Assembly: GCA_039803205.1 (NCBI GenBank)
Contig: JBDRYB010000001.1
Span: forward strand, 64,001-128,000
Reading direction: 5' to 3'
Length of the DNA stretch: 64,000 nt
Source of the DNA: a candidate division WOR-3 bacterium
GTDB lineage: Bacteria; Hydrothermota; Hydrothermia; JBDRYB01
Below, piece after piece: positions 31,410 through 41,109 of the stretch. The position numbers and the translations under genes are program-made. A model generated the notes under the pieces. The model made no database searches, was not told the origin of the DNA, and was given only the letters and a program-made list of their open reading frames with translations. The stretch's first letter is position 1; each line of letters opens with the position of its first letter.

Positions 31410-32927
31410 TTACCTTACCGCAACCTTCCCCGATTGGTTCTGAGTTTTCCAGAGATAAACCCCTGGCTCAAGGCTCAGCCGGTTTTCGCCCTCGTGCAAT
31501 TCCCCGGAATAAGCTAGCCTCCCGTCGGATTTGTAGATCTTTATCCCAATATCATAAGTGGAGATGAAAAGCGCGGCTCCCGGAACCGGGGAGCAGGTTA
31601 TTTCGGGCTTGGCAAGCTCGGTTTCAGTCAGTTCAAGTGGCGCGCAAGCATCAGTTATAGTCAGGCTCGGGTTAGTTATAGTGGGGCTTGGGGATGATGT
31701 GCTGGGGGAACAGTTCACTCCAACAGAAGGCGAGGATGTGGCTGGCGAAACATCGTAGACAGCTGGCGAACAATCCTGAACACAGCCGGGATAGTTCCCG
31801 TTCTGATCCAGCTTGAGGACGAGGAAATCAGCATCGCCAGCGCCAAAACTCCATGTCAATCCCGCGACAGCGTAGCCTCCATCAGAGGTTTGGGTTATTG
31901 ACCAGGCGTCGTCACCGCTCGTTCCGCCAAATGTCCTCGCCCAGGCAAGAGAGCCGTCCGGGTTCAGCTTGAGGACGAGGAGATCTACATCGCCGGCGCC
32001 GAAATTCTTTGTCCATCCCACGACAGCGTAGCCTCCATCAGAGGTCTGGATTATGGAGGAGGCTATGTCCACGTCTGTTCCGCCAAATCTCTTTACCCAG
32101 ACAAGTGAACCATCCGGGTTCAGCTTGAGAACGAAGCAATCCCAATAGCCAATGCCGAAACTCCGTGTGCCTCCCGCGACAGCGTAGCCTCTATCAGAAG
32201 TTTGGATTATGGAGTAGACATCGTCATAGTCCGTTCCGCCAAATGTCCTTGCCCAGGCGAGAGAGCCGTCCGGGTTCAGCTTGAGGATGAGGAAATCTTC
32301 ATCGCCAGAGCCGAAACTATATGTGTATCCCGCGACAGCGTAGCCTCCGTCCGAGGTCTGGATTATGGAGTAGGCATGGTCACCATCCAGGCCGCCATAT
32401 GTCCTCGCCCAGGCGAGTGAGCCATCCGAGTTCAGCTTGAGGACGAGGAAATCGTAACCGCCGGCGGAGAAACTCCATGTCCCTCCCGCGACAGCGTAGC
32501 CTCCATCAGAGGTTTGGGTTATTGACCAGGCGTTCTCACTGCTCGTTCCGCCAAATGTCCTCGCCCAGGCGAGTGAGCCATCCGAGTTCAGCTTAAGGAC
32601 GAGAAAATCAGAGCCGCCAGCGCCGAAACTCGCTGTGCATCCCGCGACAGCGTAGCCTCCATCAGAGGTTTGAATTATGGAGAAGGCCTGGTCCCAGTTC
32701 GTTCCCCCAAATGTCCTCGCCCAGTCCAAAGAGCCATCCGGGTTCAGCTTGAGAACGAGGAAATCATAACCGCCAGCGCCGAAACTCTCAGTGCGTCCTG
32801 CGACAGCGTAACCTCCATCAGAGGTTTGGAGTATGGAGTGGGCTATGTCCGGGTTCGTTCCGCCGAAGGCTTTGGCGAAGAGGAACTGCCCCATCAGTAT
32901 GTTTGTGGTTATGAAGGCATATATCAT
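31410..32927 (-). CDS. Secreted 7-repeat beta-propeller-like protein with Ser/Pro/Cys linker and degenerate T9SS-like C-terminal domain
   Basis: Seven 52-aa repeats FGGT..D.A.SI.QTSDGGYAVAG.T.SFG.G..DFLVLKLN.DGSL.WART; C-terminal IKIYKSDGRL...PGVYLWK...KVAVR; SD GGAGG. Confidence 0.85.
   Translation of the reverse strand: MIYAFITTNILMGQFLFAKAFGGTNPDIAHSILQTSDGGYAVAGRTESFGAGGYDFLVLKLNPDGSLDWARTFGGTNWDQAFSIIQTSDGGYAVAGCTASFGAGGSDFLVLKLNSDGSLAWARTFGGTSSENAWSITQTSDGGYAVAGGTWSFSAGGYDFLVLKLNSDGSLAWARTYGGLDGDHAYSIIQTSDGGYAVAGYTYSFGSGDEDFLILKLNPDGSLAWARTFGGTDYDDVYSIIQTSDRGYAVAGGTRSFGIGYWDCFVLKLNPDGSLVWVKRFGGTDVDIASSIIQTSDGGYAVVGWTKNFGAGDVDLLVLKLNPDGSLAWARTFGGTSGDDAWSITQTSDGGYAVAGLTWSFGAGDADFLVLKLDQNGNYPGCVQDCSPAVYDVSPATSSPSVGVNCSPSTSSPSPTITNPSLTITDACAPLELTETELAKPEITCSPVPGAALFISTYDIGIKIYKSDGRLAYSGELHEGENRLSLEPGVYLWKTQNQSGKVAVR
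31800..32867 (-). repeat. Intragenic tandem repeat, 7 x 156 nt (last unit partial)
   Basis: Recurring (C)GACAGCGTAGCCTCC and CAGCTTGAG blocks at 156-nt spacing. Confidence 0.95.
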
Positions 32928-33008
32928 AAATAAACCTCCATAAGGCCTAAGTTATACACCTTTATCAAGGAGTAAAGCCTAGCAAATGGCCAACTTGCCC
33001 CTGAACGG

Positions 33009-33035
33009 AGGGCAGACACGGGGTTCTACCCCTAC
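33009..33035 (-). repeat. GTAG-type REP-like palindrome (single copy seen)
   Basis: GTAG-GGGTAGA-ACCCCGTG-TCTGCCC-T in intergenic DNA. Confidence 0.4.
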
Positions 33036-33089
33036 AACCTGATTCCCAAACCTATCCTGTTCTCACCCTTTCTGGCGAGATGCTTGTCT

Positions 33090-33716
33090 CTACTTCACCT
33101 TGTATTTCACCGTTAGGATCTTTGTCTCCGGGTTCTCCGAATAGAACGGCACTGACCAGTATATCTTTCCGCCCTTTATTGAGTCCGCGTTGTGGGAGGA
33201 GACAGTCCCCTCAACATCCAGGACCAGGTTGAACATCGCGGATGTCAGGAACATGTTCATGAGCTCGTTCATGGAAGCATTAGCGGAATCCTCGGATGTT
33301 GCGTTATTAGGCAACTCAGTTGGAAGCAGGCTGTCCTGTTTGAACTTGCATGTGAGGGTGCGATCCTTGCCATTCTTATCCAGGTTAAACGAGAATTCCT
33401 CTCCTGATCCCGTGAAGAACTTGTTGAAGTCCTTGAACGAATAATCAGCTGTCATGACTATGTTGCCAGCGGCCGTATCCACATTCTCTTTGTATTTCAG
33501 GAGCTTCGCGCCCTCTTTGCCCTGAGCCATGGTCTTCAGGGTTGTTCTCAGTTGGTCAAGGGTGGTGTCAGTTTGCCCTTCCTCGGGGGCCGAGTATGGC
33601 ATGGTTACCACGAAGGAAACCTTTCCGGAGTCGTCCTTCTTCACGCTCATGTTTATGTCCATGGTGTAGCAACCTACGACCATAGCCAGAGAGCCTATCG
33701 CTACGAGCTTCTTCAT
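33090..33716 (-). CDS. Lipoprotein (LppM/DUF3153-like)
   Basis: Lipobox VVGC; MSVKKDDSG, GTVSSHNADSI...WSVP. Confidence 0.65.
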   Translation of the reverse strand: MKKLVAIGSLAMVVGCYTMDINMSVKKDDSGKVSFVVTMPYSAPEEGQTDTTLDQLRTTLKTMAQGKEGAKLLKYKENVDTAAGNIVMTADYSFKDFNKFFTGSGEEFSFNLDKNGKDRTLTCKFKQDSLLPTELPNNATSEDSANASMNELMNMFLTSAMFNLVLDVEGTVSSHNADSIKGGKIYWSVPFYSENPETKILTVKYKVK

Positions 33717-33752
33717 CTTAAAAAAACCTCCAATTGAGGCGTGAGCCTCGGT

Positions 33753-34424
33753 TCATAGTCCTACTCCAACAAAGGTATATGCCTCCCCGGGATTGAGAAT
33801 CACGACCTGGGCTTTCCCGCCGACGAGGCGTTTGAACTCCTCAGGGTCGGCCTGTATTATGGGCCAGGTATTGTAGTGAATGGGTATGACAACTGGGGCC
33901 TTTATGAGCTCAACAGCCTTAGCGGCTTGAACCACATCCATCGTATATCTTCCGCCTATTGGAATGCAGGCCGCGTCAGGCTTGAGCATCTCTCCGATGA
34001 GGGCCATGTCTCCGAAGAGACCCGTATCACCCGCGTGATATATCCTCTTGCCGTTTGGCATCTCAACAACGCAACCTGTCGGTGCGCCTGACGATGATGT
34101 GTGGAAAGCGGGGGTGAGCCAAACCTTGACGCCGTTTGCCACCACAGGGCCACCGATGTTCATCCCCTCTGCCTTTAGGCCCTTTGACTGGGCCGCAACC
34201 GCTATCTCGTGCTGGGAGACAATTATCGCGCCAGTCTTCTTAGCTATCTCAAAAGCATCCCCCAGGTGATCCGCGTGGTCATGAGTCACCACAATCACAT
34301 CAGCCTCTTTTATGTCCTTTGGTTTCTCGGTCGCAAGAGGGTTGTCCTTCAGGAATGGGTCTATGAGAACCGTTTTCCTGCCCTCTATGCGGACAGCAGA
34401 GTGTCCAAGGTATCTGAGCTTCAT
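33753..34424 (-). CDS. UPF0173 metal-dependent hydrolase (metallo-beta-lactamase fold)
   Basis: GHSA, IDPF, THDHADHLGD, YHAGDTG, PIHYNTWP. Confidence 0.92.
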   Translation of the reverse strand: MKLRYLGHSAVRIEGRKTVLIDPFLKDNPLATEKPKDIKEADVIVVTHDHADHLGDAFEIAKKTGAIIVSQHEIAVAAQSKGLKAEGMNIGGPVVANGVKVWLTPAFHTSSSGAPTGCVVEMPNGKRIYHAGDTGLFGDMALIGEMLKPDAACIPIGGRYTMDVVQAAKAVELIKAPVVIPIHYNTWPIIQADPEEFKRLVGGKAQVVILNPGEAYTFVGVGL

Positions 34425-34480
34425 CTCTACAACCTCCTAACGAATTAAAGTATAAAGGCCTGGCCTCCTCTCGCGCAAGC

Positions 34481-35719
34481 TCAACGACCGGTAAGCCCTT
34501 TGAAGTAAATTTGATTCTCCCTCCAGAATCCCTCACCGAAGAATCCCACGGGGTTCGGGTAAAGCTTCACCTCGCTCAGGGTTCCGGTCCCGCTCTCAGC
34601 CACTATGAGAATCGCTATAACCGGTAGCCCCATCCAGGACTCGCCCCCGAAATAACACCTCCATGCATCCTTTATACTCCTCGGATTGCCATTAAGGGCT
34701 GGCAGATTCAGGATCTCGCCCAACATAACAGCGCTCGTATCGCACAGAAGCAGGCATCTCGCTCCTGGGACTATAGCGGATGGTAATTGCCCTTGACCGG
34801 ATATGCCAACGAGGCCCGTGAACTCTATGCAGAGGCTATCAAGGAACCTCGGGATTATTCTGAAACAGCGCTCCGGATCCCTCTCAGGGTATAGGGAAAG
34901 CGCCTGAGGGTTTCCGAGAACCAAAAGGAGCGAATCCCCCTCTGATATGGAGATGCCGGTTTCCCGGCGGCCATCAAAGAGGGCATCGGGGTCGTCCTGG
35001 CCCATGAGCCTCCTTCCGATCCAAAGAGCGTTTGGCTCTCTGAAGATCACCGATATGTCCTCACTCGGTTCCTGATTCGTCCAGGTCCAGCGGATCGTGT
35101 CTCCGGAAACCGAGCAGCTCAACGGGCTTATTGGCGGAAAACCGAAGCCCATGAAACATTCGGCGGGTATCCGATCCGCAACAACCTCAACCTCCACGGT
35201 CTCCGGCGCCTCAGCCCAAAGAGAGCCGGTTTTCAGGTAATAATGGAACTCTCTGATGCCACCAGTGTGAGAGTCGGAACCCACGCCAAGCGTGTAGGAG
35301 TGGGAAATCCGAAGGGTTTCGCCTTTGGCAAACGAGAGCTGGTGAACGAACCAAGGGTTATCCTGAAACCAAGAAAAGACCTCCTCCGCTACCTCAAAAC
35401 CCTCTGGGAGCCGGAGAGTAGAATCCTGAAGCTCATGAAAAAGGGGCCCACCCTCGCTGACGCTTACCTTTTTGCCGTTGACCCTCGCGGTAAATCCCCT
35501 CATGCTCTCCTGTTTCGGAAACGCGCATCGGAGACTCACTGGGGCCCCCAAGTTGACGAATACATATGATGCGCGAACGACCGCGCTGTCTTGATTCAGA
35601 ACGACCCTCACTTTCTCAGAGACCATCTTCACATCCGATGACCTAAGGGGAACCAAGGAGCTCAGCTCAGCGCCCCAAACGACTACGGGGTCAGACAATA
35701 GAAGGGACAAAAACAGCAT
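34481..35719 (-). CDS. DUF4424-like exported protein
   Basis: VKMVSEKV, ASYVFVN, FTARVNG, YYLKTGSLWA; C-terminal ALFDGRRET discoidin-like region. Confidence 0.6.
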   Translation of the reverse strand: MLFLSLLLSDPVVVWGAELSSLVPLRSSDVKMVSEKVRVVLNQDSAVVRASYVFVNLGAPVSLRCAFPKQESMRGFTARVNGKKVSVSEGGPLFHELQDSTLRLPEGFEVAEEVFSWFQDNPWFVHQLSFAKGETLRISHSYTLGVGSDSHTGGIREFHYYLKTGSLWAEAPETVEVEVVADRIPAECFMGFGFPPISPLSCSVSGDTIRWTWTNQEPSEDISVIFREPNALWIGRRLMGQDDPDALFDGRRETGISISEGDSLLLVLGNPQALSLYPERDPERCFRIIPRFLDSLCIEFTGLVGISGQGQLPSAIVPGARCLLLCDTSAVMLGEILNLPALNGNPRSIKDAWRCYFGGESWMGLPVIAILIVAESGTGTLSEVKLYPNPVGFFGEGFWRENQIYFKGLTGR

Positions 35720-35726
35720 AAACTAA

Positions 35727-35756
35727 ATTATAGGCCACTGAGGAACCCACATTCAA
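35727..35756 (-). promoter_or_regulatory. sigma70-like leaderless promoter
   Basis: TTGAAT-N18-TATAAT, 7 nt before the ATG at 35719. Confidence 0.65.
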
Positions 35757-35799
35757 TCCCCTTCCTGGCTGGAGTATGGGAGTGCATATCTTGGGGGAT

Positions 35800-36201
35800 C
35801 TATTTGGAATATCTCTCCAGAATTCCCATGCATTCCGAGGGGCTGGAGGCGGAATCCAGGGATTCCCTCACTTCCTCGTCCGTCATTATCCTCGCCACCC
35901 TCGCCAGGGCAATGAGGTGAGCATCCGGGTCATCCTTTGGGGATATGACCAGAAAAACATACCGAACCTCTGCACCATCATCCTCAAATGGCCTAGCAGG
36001 CTTCATGAATCCCAGGATTGGCACATCAACCCAGTCCCTCGCGTGCAGGATGCTCACGCCGTCTCCGATGAAAGTTGGCATCAGCTCCTCCAACGGGGTT
36101 TTCACGCCCATTTGGGAAAGAAGGAGCCTTCCAGCCTCCTCAAGGCAATCCACTTCTGAGCCGAGGATGGCAAAGCTCGGTCTAAAAACCCTTTTTTCCA
36201 T
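35800..36201 (-). CDS. PTS EIIA (Fru/Ntr-type) domain protein
   Basis: PTFIGDGVSILHAR (phospho-His), VFLVISP, HLIALARVAR. Confidence 0.8.
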   Translation of the reverse strand: MEKRVFRPSFAILGSEVDCLEEAGRLLLSQMGVKTPLEELMPTFIGDGVSILHARDWVDVPILGFMKPARPFEDDGAEVRYVFLVISPKDDPDAHLIALARVARIMTDEEVRESLDSASSPSECMGILERYSK

Positions 36202-36204
36202 AAT

Positions 36205-36756
36205 TTATCTCGCTCTTATCTCCAACCTTCTGTTCTGAGACCTGCCCTCAGGCGTTGAGTTAGATGCCACAGGCCTGGTAGGACCATAAGAAACAGCATA
36301 AAGAACGGAATCTGGAATGCCCTTGCTGATGAGAAAGCGCACAACAGCCGCGGACCTCGCTCCAGCCAGCTCCCAGTTGCTCGGATACTTGTCCGTGTTG
36401 GTTATCACTGGTGAAGCATCTGTGTAGCAAGCAACGGTGATCTCGGAGTATCCCTCTTTCTTGAGCTCGGAAGCCAGCTCCGTCAGGATGGACTCGCCCT
36501 CCTTGGATATCTGTGGAGTTCCCGGCAAAAAGATCTTGTCAGTCGGATAAACGACCTTGGGGCCCTCCTGTTTTATTGCCGGATTCTCAACCTTCAGGCC
36601 CTCAGGGGGTTTCTTCATGCCTAGTAGCCTCTCGTTCTCCCTTTCAAGGTCAGCGAGCGCGGCAACAGCGGGGGTATAAAGGAAGGCATAAAGGTATATT
36701 CCAACGCCCGCAAGAAGCACGCAGAGAAAGAACAAGAACCAGGTTGCTATCCTCAT
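36205..36756 (-). CDS. OmpA/MotB-family peptidoglycan-binding membrane protein
   Basis: N-terminal TM helix; YTD, YPSNWELAGARSAAV, YGPTRP, NRRLEI. Confidence 0.85.
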   Translation of the reverse strand: MRIATWFLFFLCVLLAGVGIYLYAFLYTPAVAALADLERENERLLGMKKPPEGLKVENPAIKQEGPKVVYPTDKIFLPGTPQISKEGESILTELASELKKEGYSEITVACYTDASPVITNTDKYPSNWELAGARSAAVVRFLISKGIPDSVLYAVSYGPTRPVASNSTPEGRSQNRRLEIRAR

Positions 36757-37010
36757 CCCAGTAGCTCCTTGAGCCTTTCCGGACCGAGGCCAGGAACATC
36801 CACGACCTTTAATCTGGAGCTGGCGCCGGATGTTATCTTGATGTCCTTGGCAGGGAGGCCAAAGGCCAAAGCGAGAAATCGTATGAGAGCGCGATTGGCC
36901 TCGCCCTTAGTGGGCCTTGCGGAAATAGCTACATGCACTATCCCATCATCCCCTAAACCCAGGAACCTGTCCTCAGGTGCTCCAGGCTTTACTTTTATCC
37001 TCAGCTTCAC
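36753..37010 (-). CDS. DUF167/YggU family protein
   Basis: VKPGA, ARPTKGEANRALIRFLA, GASSRLK. Confidence 0.9.
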   Translation of the reverse strand: MKLRIKVKPGAPEDRFLGLGDDGIVHVAISARPTKGEANRALIRFLALAFGLPAKDIKITSGASSRLKVVDVPGLGPERLKELLG

Positions 37011-37012
37011 GG

Positions 37013-39505
37013 TTATCCACCCATTTTTTGCTTTGCCTTAGCTAGGTTCTTCTTCGCCTTTGAGTGATTAGGGTCCAGGTCCAGGACCTTTGTCCAGTAA
37101 TAAACAGCTGTTTCGTAGTCCTCCTTAACATATGCCTCAACCCCCTTTAGATAGAGGGCGTTGATCTCATCCTCGGAGACAGAGGGCTTCGCGGAAGCAG
37201 AGCGAGCCTCAGCTATCCTCGCGAGATAAGCATTAGCCTCTGATAGCGAAGGGTCAAGCTTCAGCGCGGCTCGGAACTTTGCCTCGGCCTCGTCGTATTT
37301 CTTCTGATTGAAAAGCTCCTTCCCCTCGTTTAGCCTATCCCTCGCGGCCTGCCTTATCTTTGCCTGCGCGTCCTCCCTGCCGGAGAGAGCCTCCTTGTTG
37401 CCCGGCTCTAGTTTGAGAGCCTGATTAAACTTGGAAAGGGCGGATGTGTAATGTCCCTTTGCCATCAACTCCCTGCCTTCGGCCACGAGCTGAGCGGCCT
37501 CGCTCACCTGCCTGTTCTGCGCCCTGGAGATGTAATCCCTCGCGGACTTGTTCTCCGGATCCAGCTGGAGAACCTTATTCCACAGCCCTATCGCGCCCTC
37601 AATATCCCCTCTCGCGTAGAGAGCGAGACCCTGCGCGAGGTATTCTGACACATTCGGCTTTGCCCCTGAGCCCTGCTGTTCCAGTAGGGCATTGAAAGCC
37701 ATATCGTACCACTTCTTGATGCTCTCAGAGCCTGGCTCTGCCTTCAGGGCGCGGTCAAACTCCACCAGCGCGTCCAGATACCTCCCCTCATTGTAAAACC
37801 CTATGCCTCGTTCAAGTGCCTTTTTGGTCTGGTATGCTCCAGCCTCCGCCTTGTAGCGCTCGTATAGCTCCTTGACCTGAGGGTTCTCCGGATCCCAAAC
37901 ACCTGCTATATCAAGGTATCTGAGGGCCTCATCGTATTCCCCAACGGCCGCCTTGTCCTGCGCCATGCTGACGAAAGCGGCCGCTGTTGCCCTTGACTTC
38001 TCATCGCCGGCCGCGGCCTCGCCCGTCTGGCCCTCAGGGATGAGGGCTATATCCTTGACAACAGGCTCCCCTGCCCTCACTGCCACGACCTCAACCGATG
38101 GCTTGTATCCTTTTGCCTCTACCGATATTGTGTAAAGCCCAACATCAATGTTCGGAACCTTGAACAAACCAGTTGAAGGGTCAGCCGCAACAGGAGGAAT
38201 GTTGAGGTCCACGAACTCTATGGTCGCGGGAATGGGCTCTCCTGTCCTCTTGTCCACCACCTTACCCGCTATGACTCCCTTGGTTCCAGAGGCCACAGGG
38301 CCTCCCGTGGAAACGAGAAACACATTTTTATATGACACCTGATCCTTTGATACGATGACGGTTTCCGTATAGAGCTCCTTGCCAGGCGCCTCAACCACCA
38401 GGGTTACTTTGCCCTCAGGAACGCCCTCTATCCTGAAAACCCCGGCCTCGTCAGTGGGCTGACGGTTGATCTTTGCCTCAGGCACGGAAACCAGAGCCTT
38501 GATGGGTTGGTTTGTGCTCCTGTCAAAGATGGTGCCCCAGACTATGCCAGTGGCTGGTTTGACCTCCTTGGGCTTGTGGGTGTAAGCGTATGAGACTCCG
38601 ACCCAAATTGACCAGTCAGGGGTCCATGACGGAAGCCAGAAATCAGGCTCTGAGAGATTATCCAAACAACCCTCCCTGGCCCTCTGCCAGAAATCAAGCC
38701 CGAAGAACACCCCCGCGCCACCCTGGGTTGCTGTCTTTAGGCCTAATGTCCAATAAGCCGGCGCCCTGCCGTGCCTATTGTAATTGTCTGAAACAAAGCT
38801 CGTTGAGTAATACTCCGCGAAGGGCTCGTAACTGCCGGTCCTCAGCTCAAGGGCAAACCCCCATTCAAATGTGTTGTCAGAAGGATCACCGTTCTCGTTG
38901 GAACCGAAACCCATGTTGAGGTTAAAGGCAAAAAGATCCAAAGGCACATATGTGACAAGCGCGCCCGCGTATGTGGAATTTGAACCGTATCCGAGCAATC
39001 TCCAAACCCCCCCGGTGTAGCTGACGCCAAGGCTGGAGGTGTCCCGGCCCTCACCCCCCCACTTCCCTGGTGCTACGGGAAAGGAGTATCGGAGGAGAAG
39101 GGCCCCGGCCCCAGGGAAATCAAAGAACCTGAATGGGTATGAGAGCTTGTTGTTGAAGAATATATCCCCTATGGAGGTTGACATGTGGGTGTTGACATCT
39201 CGGCCAAACTTGCCATTCCAGAGGTCATTTCGGAGGGGGGCGGTCACGCTCGTCTCCCAATAGCGCCAGCTGAAGCCCATTCCGAACCAGAGCTCGTTCG
39301 CGAGACGGGATACGCCCTCGTATGTGGTGTCAGCTATGTATCCAACGCTGTCCTCGGAGTATCTCTTCCAGGTGATGTTCAAAGAGGGAATGACCATGGT
39401 TAGGGTTGGGAGGTCCCTGGAATCGGCCGAGATGACCCTCTGCGTCCCTGATAAACACTGGAAATTCAAACCTCCAAGGAGGCCAAAAACCAGAACTAAT
39501 CCCAT
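37013..39505 (-). CDS. Outer-membrane barrel-like region, 2 carboxypeptidase-regulatory-like domains and C-terminal TPR array
   Basis: SD GGAGG before the ATG at 39505; GTIFDRSTNQPI and GKVVDKRTGEPI domains; about six TPR-like units (e.g. WNKVLQLDPEN, WTKVLDLDPNH). Confidence 0.8.
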   Translation of the reverse strand: MGLVLVFGLLGGLNFQCLSGTQRVISADSRDLPTLTMVIPSLNITWKRYSEDSVGYIADTTYEGVSRLANELWFGMGFSWRYWETSVTAPLRNDLWNGKFGRDVNTHMSTSIGDIFFNNKLSYPFRFFDFPGAGALLLRYSFPVAPGKWGGEGRDTSSLGVSYTGGVWRLLGYGSNSTYAGALVTYVPLDLFAFNLNMGFGSNENGDPSDNTFEWGFALELRTGSYEPFAEYYSTSFVSDNYNRHGRAPAYWTLGLKTATQGGAGVFFGLDFWQRAREGCLDNLSEPDFWLPSWTPDWSIWVGVSYAYTHKPKEVKPATGIVWGTIFDRSTNQPIKALVSVPEAKINRQPTDEAGVFRIEGVPEGKVTLVVEAPGKELYTETVIVSKDQVSYKNVFLVSTGGPVASGTKGVIAGKVVDKRTGEPIPATIEFVDLNIPPVAADPSTGLFKVPNIDVGLYTISVEAKGYKPSVEVVAVRAGEPVVKDIALIPEGQTGEAAAGDEKSRATAAAFVSMAQDKAAVGEYDEALRYLDIAGVWDPENPQVKELYERYKAEAGAYQTKKALERGIGFYNEGRYLDALVEFDRALKAEPGSESIKKWYDMAFNALLEQQGSGAKPNVSEYLAQGLALYARGDIEGAIGLWNKVLQLDPENKSARDYISRAQNRQVSEAAQLVAEGRELMAKGHYTSALSKFNQALKLEPGNKEALSGREDAQAKIRQAARDRLNEGKELFNQKKYDEAEAKFRAALKLDPSLSEANAYLARIAEARSASAKPSVSEDEINALYLKGVEAYVKEDYETAVYYWTKVLDLDPNHSKAKKNLAKAKQKMGG

Positions 39506-39629
39506 AACAACCTCCTTTGTTTGCATATGTTAAAGCAAAACGAGGCCCTTTTGCAACCCTTACCCTAATTTTGGCTTTTCAGATAAATGATCGGTGCGCC
39601 GGATCGGGCCCATCCACTATAATTTGGCC

Positions 39630-41048
39630 ATGCCTGAGGAAAGGGAAGATCTTACTGTCAAGGAATACACGGATGTAAGGTATATCTCAGGGCCGCTTCT
39701 CGTGGTATACGGGGCGCGGGAACTCTCATACAGCGCCCAGGTTGACATCATCCTTGGGGATGGAACCGAAAGAGCCGGTCAGGTCCTCGAGGCCAACAGG
39801 GATTTCGCTGTGATCCAGGTCCTTGAGGGAACCCTCGGCCTTGATGTTGAAACAGCGAGGGTGAGGCTCAGAGAGGATGTTGTTCGCTTCGGTGTCTCAA
39901 GGGACATGGTGGGCCGGATATTCAACGGCCGAGGCCTTCCCAGGGATGGACTGCCGCCAGTCGTCCCCGAGAAGCACATGCCCATAATTGGCGCGCCAAT
40001 AAACCCCGTCGCGAGAGGCCGGCCTCAGGACTTCATACAGACGGGCGTCTCAGCCCTTGACGGATTCAACACCCTGGTTCGCGGACAGAAGCTGCCCATA
40101 TTCTCTGGAGCGGGCCTGCCAGCCAACGAGATAGCGACCATGATAATGCGTCACGCGACCGTCAGGGGTGAAGGCGAGGAGTTCCTGGTTGTCCTTGGCG
40201 CTATAGGCCTAACCCAGCGCGAATACGCCTTCTTCTTGAACGAGTTCGCGGAGATGGGCGCTGGCTCGCGTTTTATAGCATTCATAAACCTCGCGGATGA
40301 CCCAACCATAGAGCGAATCCTCACGCCCCGGTTCGCCCTCACTGCGGCCGAATACTTCGCTTTTGACCTCAATTACCATGTCCTCGTCATCCTCACTGAC
40401 ATAACCAACTACGCTGAGGCCCTCAGAGAGATCTCAGCGGCAAGGGACGAGGTTCCTGGAAGGCGCGGTTATCCTGGATACCTATACACTGACCTCGCGA
40501 GCATTTACGAACGAGCAGGGCGCATAAAGGGGCGCAAGGGCTCAATAACCCAGATACCCATCCTTACAATGCCGGACGATGACATAACCCATCCAATACC
40601 GGACCTAACAGCATACATAACCGAGGGCCAGATATTCCTCTCCAGGGAGCTTCACAGAAAGGGGATATTTCCTCCCATTGATGTATTAATGAGCCTTTCG
40701 CGTCTGATGAACCAAGGAATAGGCCCTGGCAAGACGAGGGAGGATCACAGGGAGTGGTCAAACCAGCTCTACGCCGCATACGCGAGGGGAAAAGACATGC
40801 GCAGGCTTGTTGCCATAGTTGGAGAGGACGCGCTTGGGGATATGGACAGGATGTATCTTCGGTTCGCTGACCGGTTTGAGAACGAGATGATAGGCCAAGG
40901 GACCGAACCGAGGACAATAGAGGAGACCCTTGAGGTAGGGTGGAGGTTGCTCTCGGAGATGCCGGAGGGGGAGCTGACAAAGATAAGAAGGGAATACATA
41001 AGGAAGTATATGCCCAGGAAGAAAGAGGCGGAGAGAACGAGCGAGTGA
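39630..41048 (+). CDS. ntpB: V/A-type ATP synthase subunit B
   Basis: [52 protein letters not shown]. Confidence 0.96.
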   Translation: MPEEREDLTVKEYTDVRYISGPLLVVYGARELSYSAQVDIILGDGTERAGQVLEANRDFAVIQVLEGTLGLDVETARVRLREDVVRFGVSRDMVGRIFNGRGLPRDGLPPVVPEKHMPIIGAPINPVARGRPQDFIQTGVSALDGFNTLVRGQKLPIFSGAGLPANEIATMIMRHATVRGEGEEFLVVLGAIGLTQREYAFFLNEFAEMGAGSRFIAFINLADDPTIERILTPRFALTAAEYFAFDLNYHVLVILTDITNYAEALREISAARDEVPGRRGYPGYLYTDLASIYERAGRIKGRKGSITQIPILTMPDDDITHPIPDLTAYITEGQIFLSRELHRKGIFPPIDVLMSLSRLMNQGIGPGKTREDHREWSNQLYAAYARGKDMRRLVAIVGEDALGDMDRMYLRFADRFENEMIGQGTEPRTIEETLEVGWRLLSEMPEGELTKIRREYIRKYMPRKKEAERTSE

Positions 41049-41109
41049 ATTTTCCGAATCCGGAAAGAACAAAGAGCAATCAGAAACCACCGTAATCTCT
41101 GATCTTCAC

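Noticed and set aside
31800..32867. CRISPR array or diversity-generating retroelement
   Set aside because: The units are in-frame 156-nt coding repeats with no unique spacers. Variation is not confined to adenine positions, and no cas or reverse transcriptase gene is in the window.
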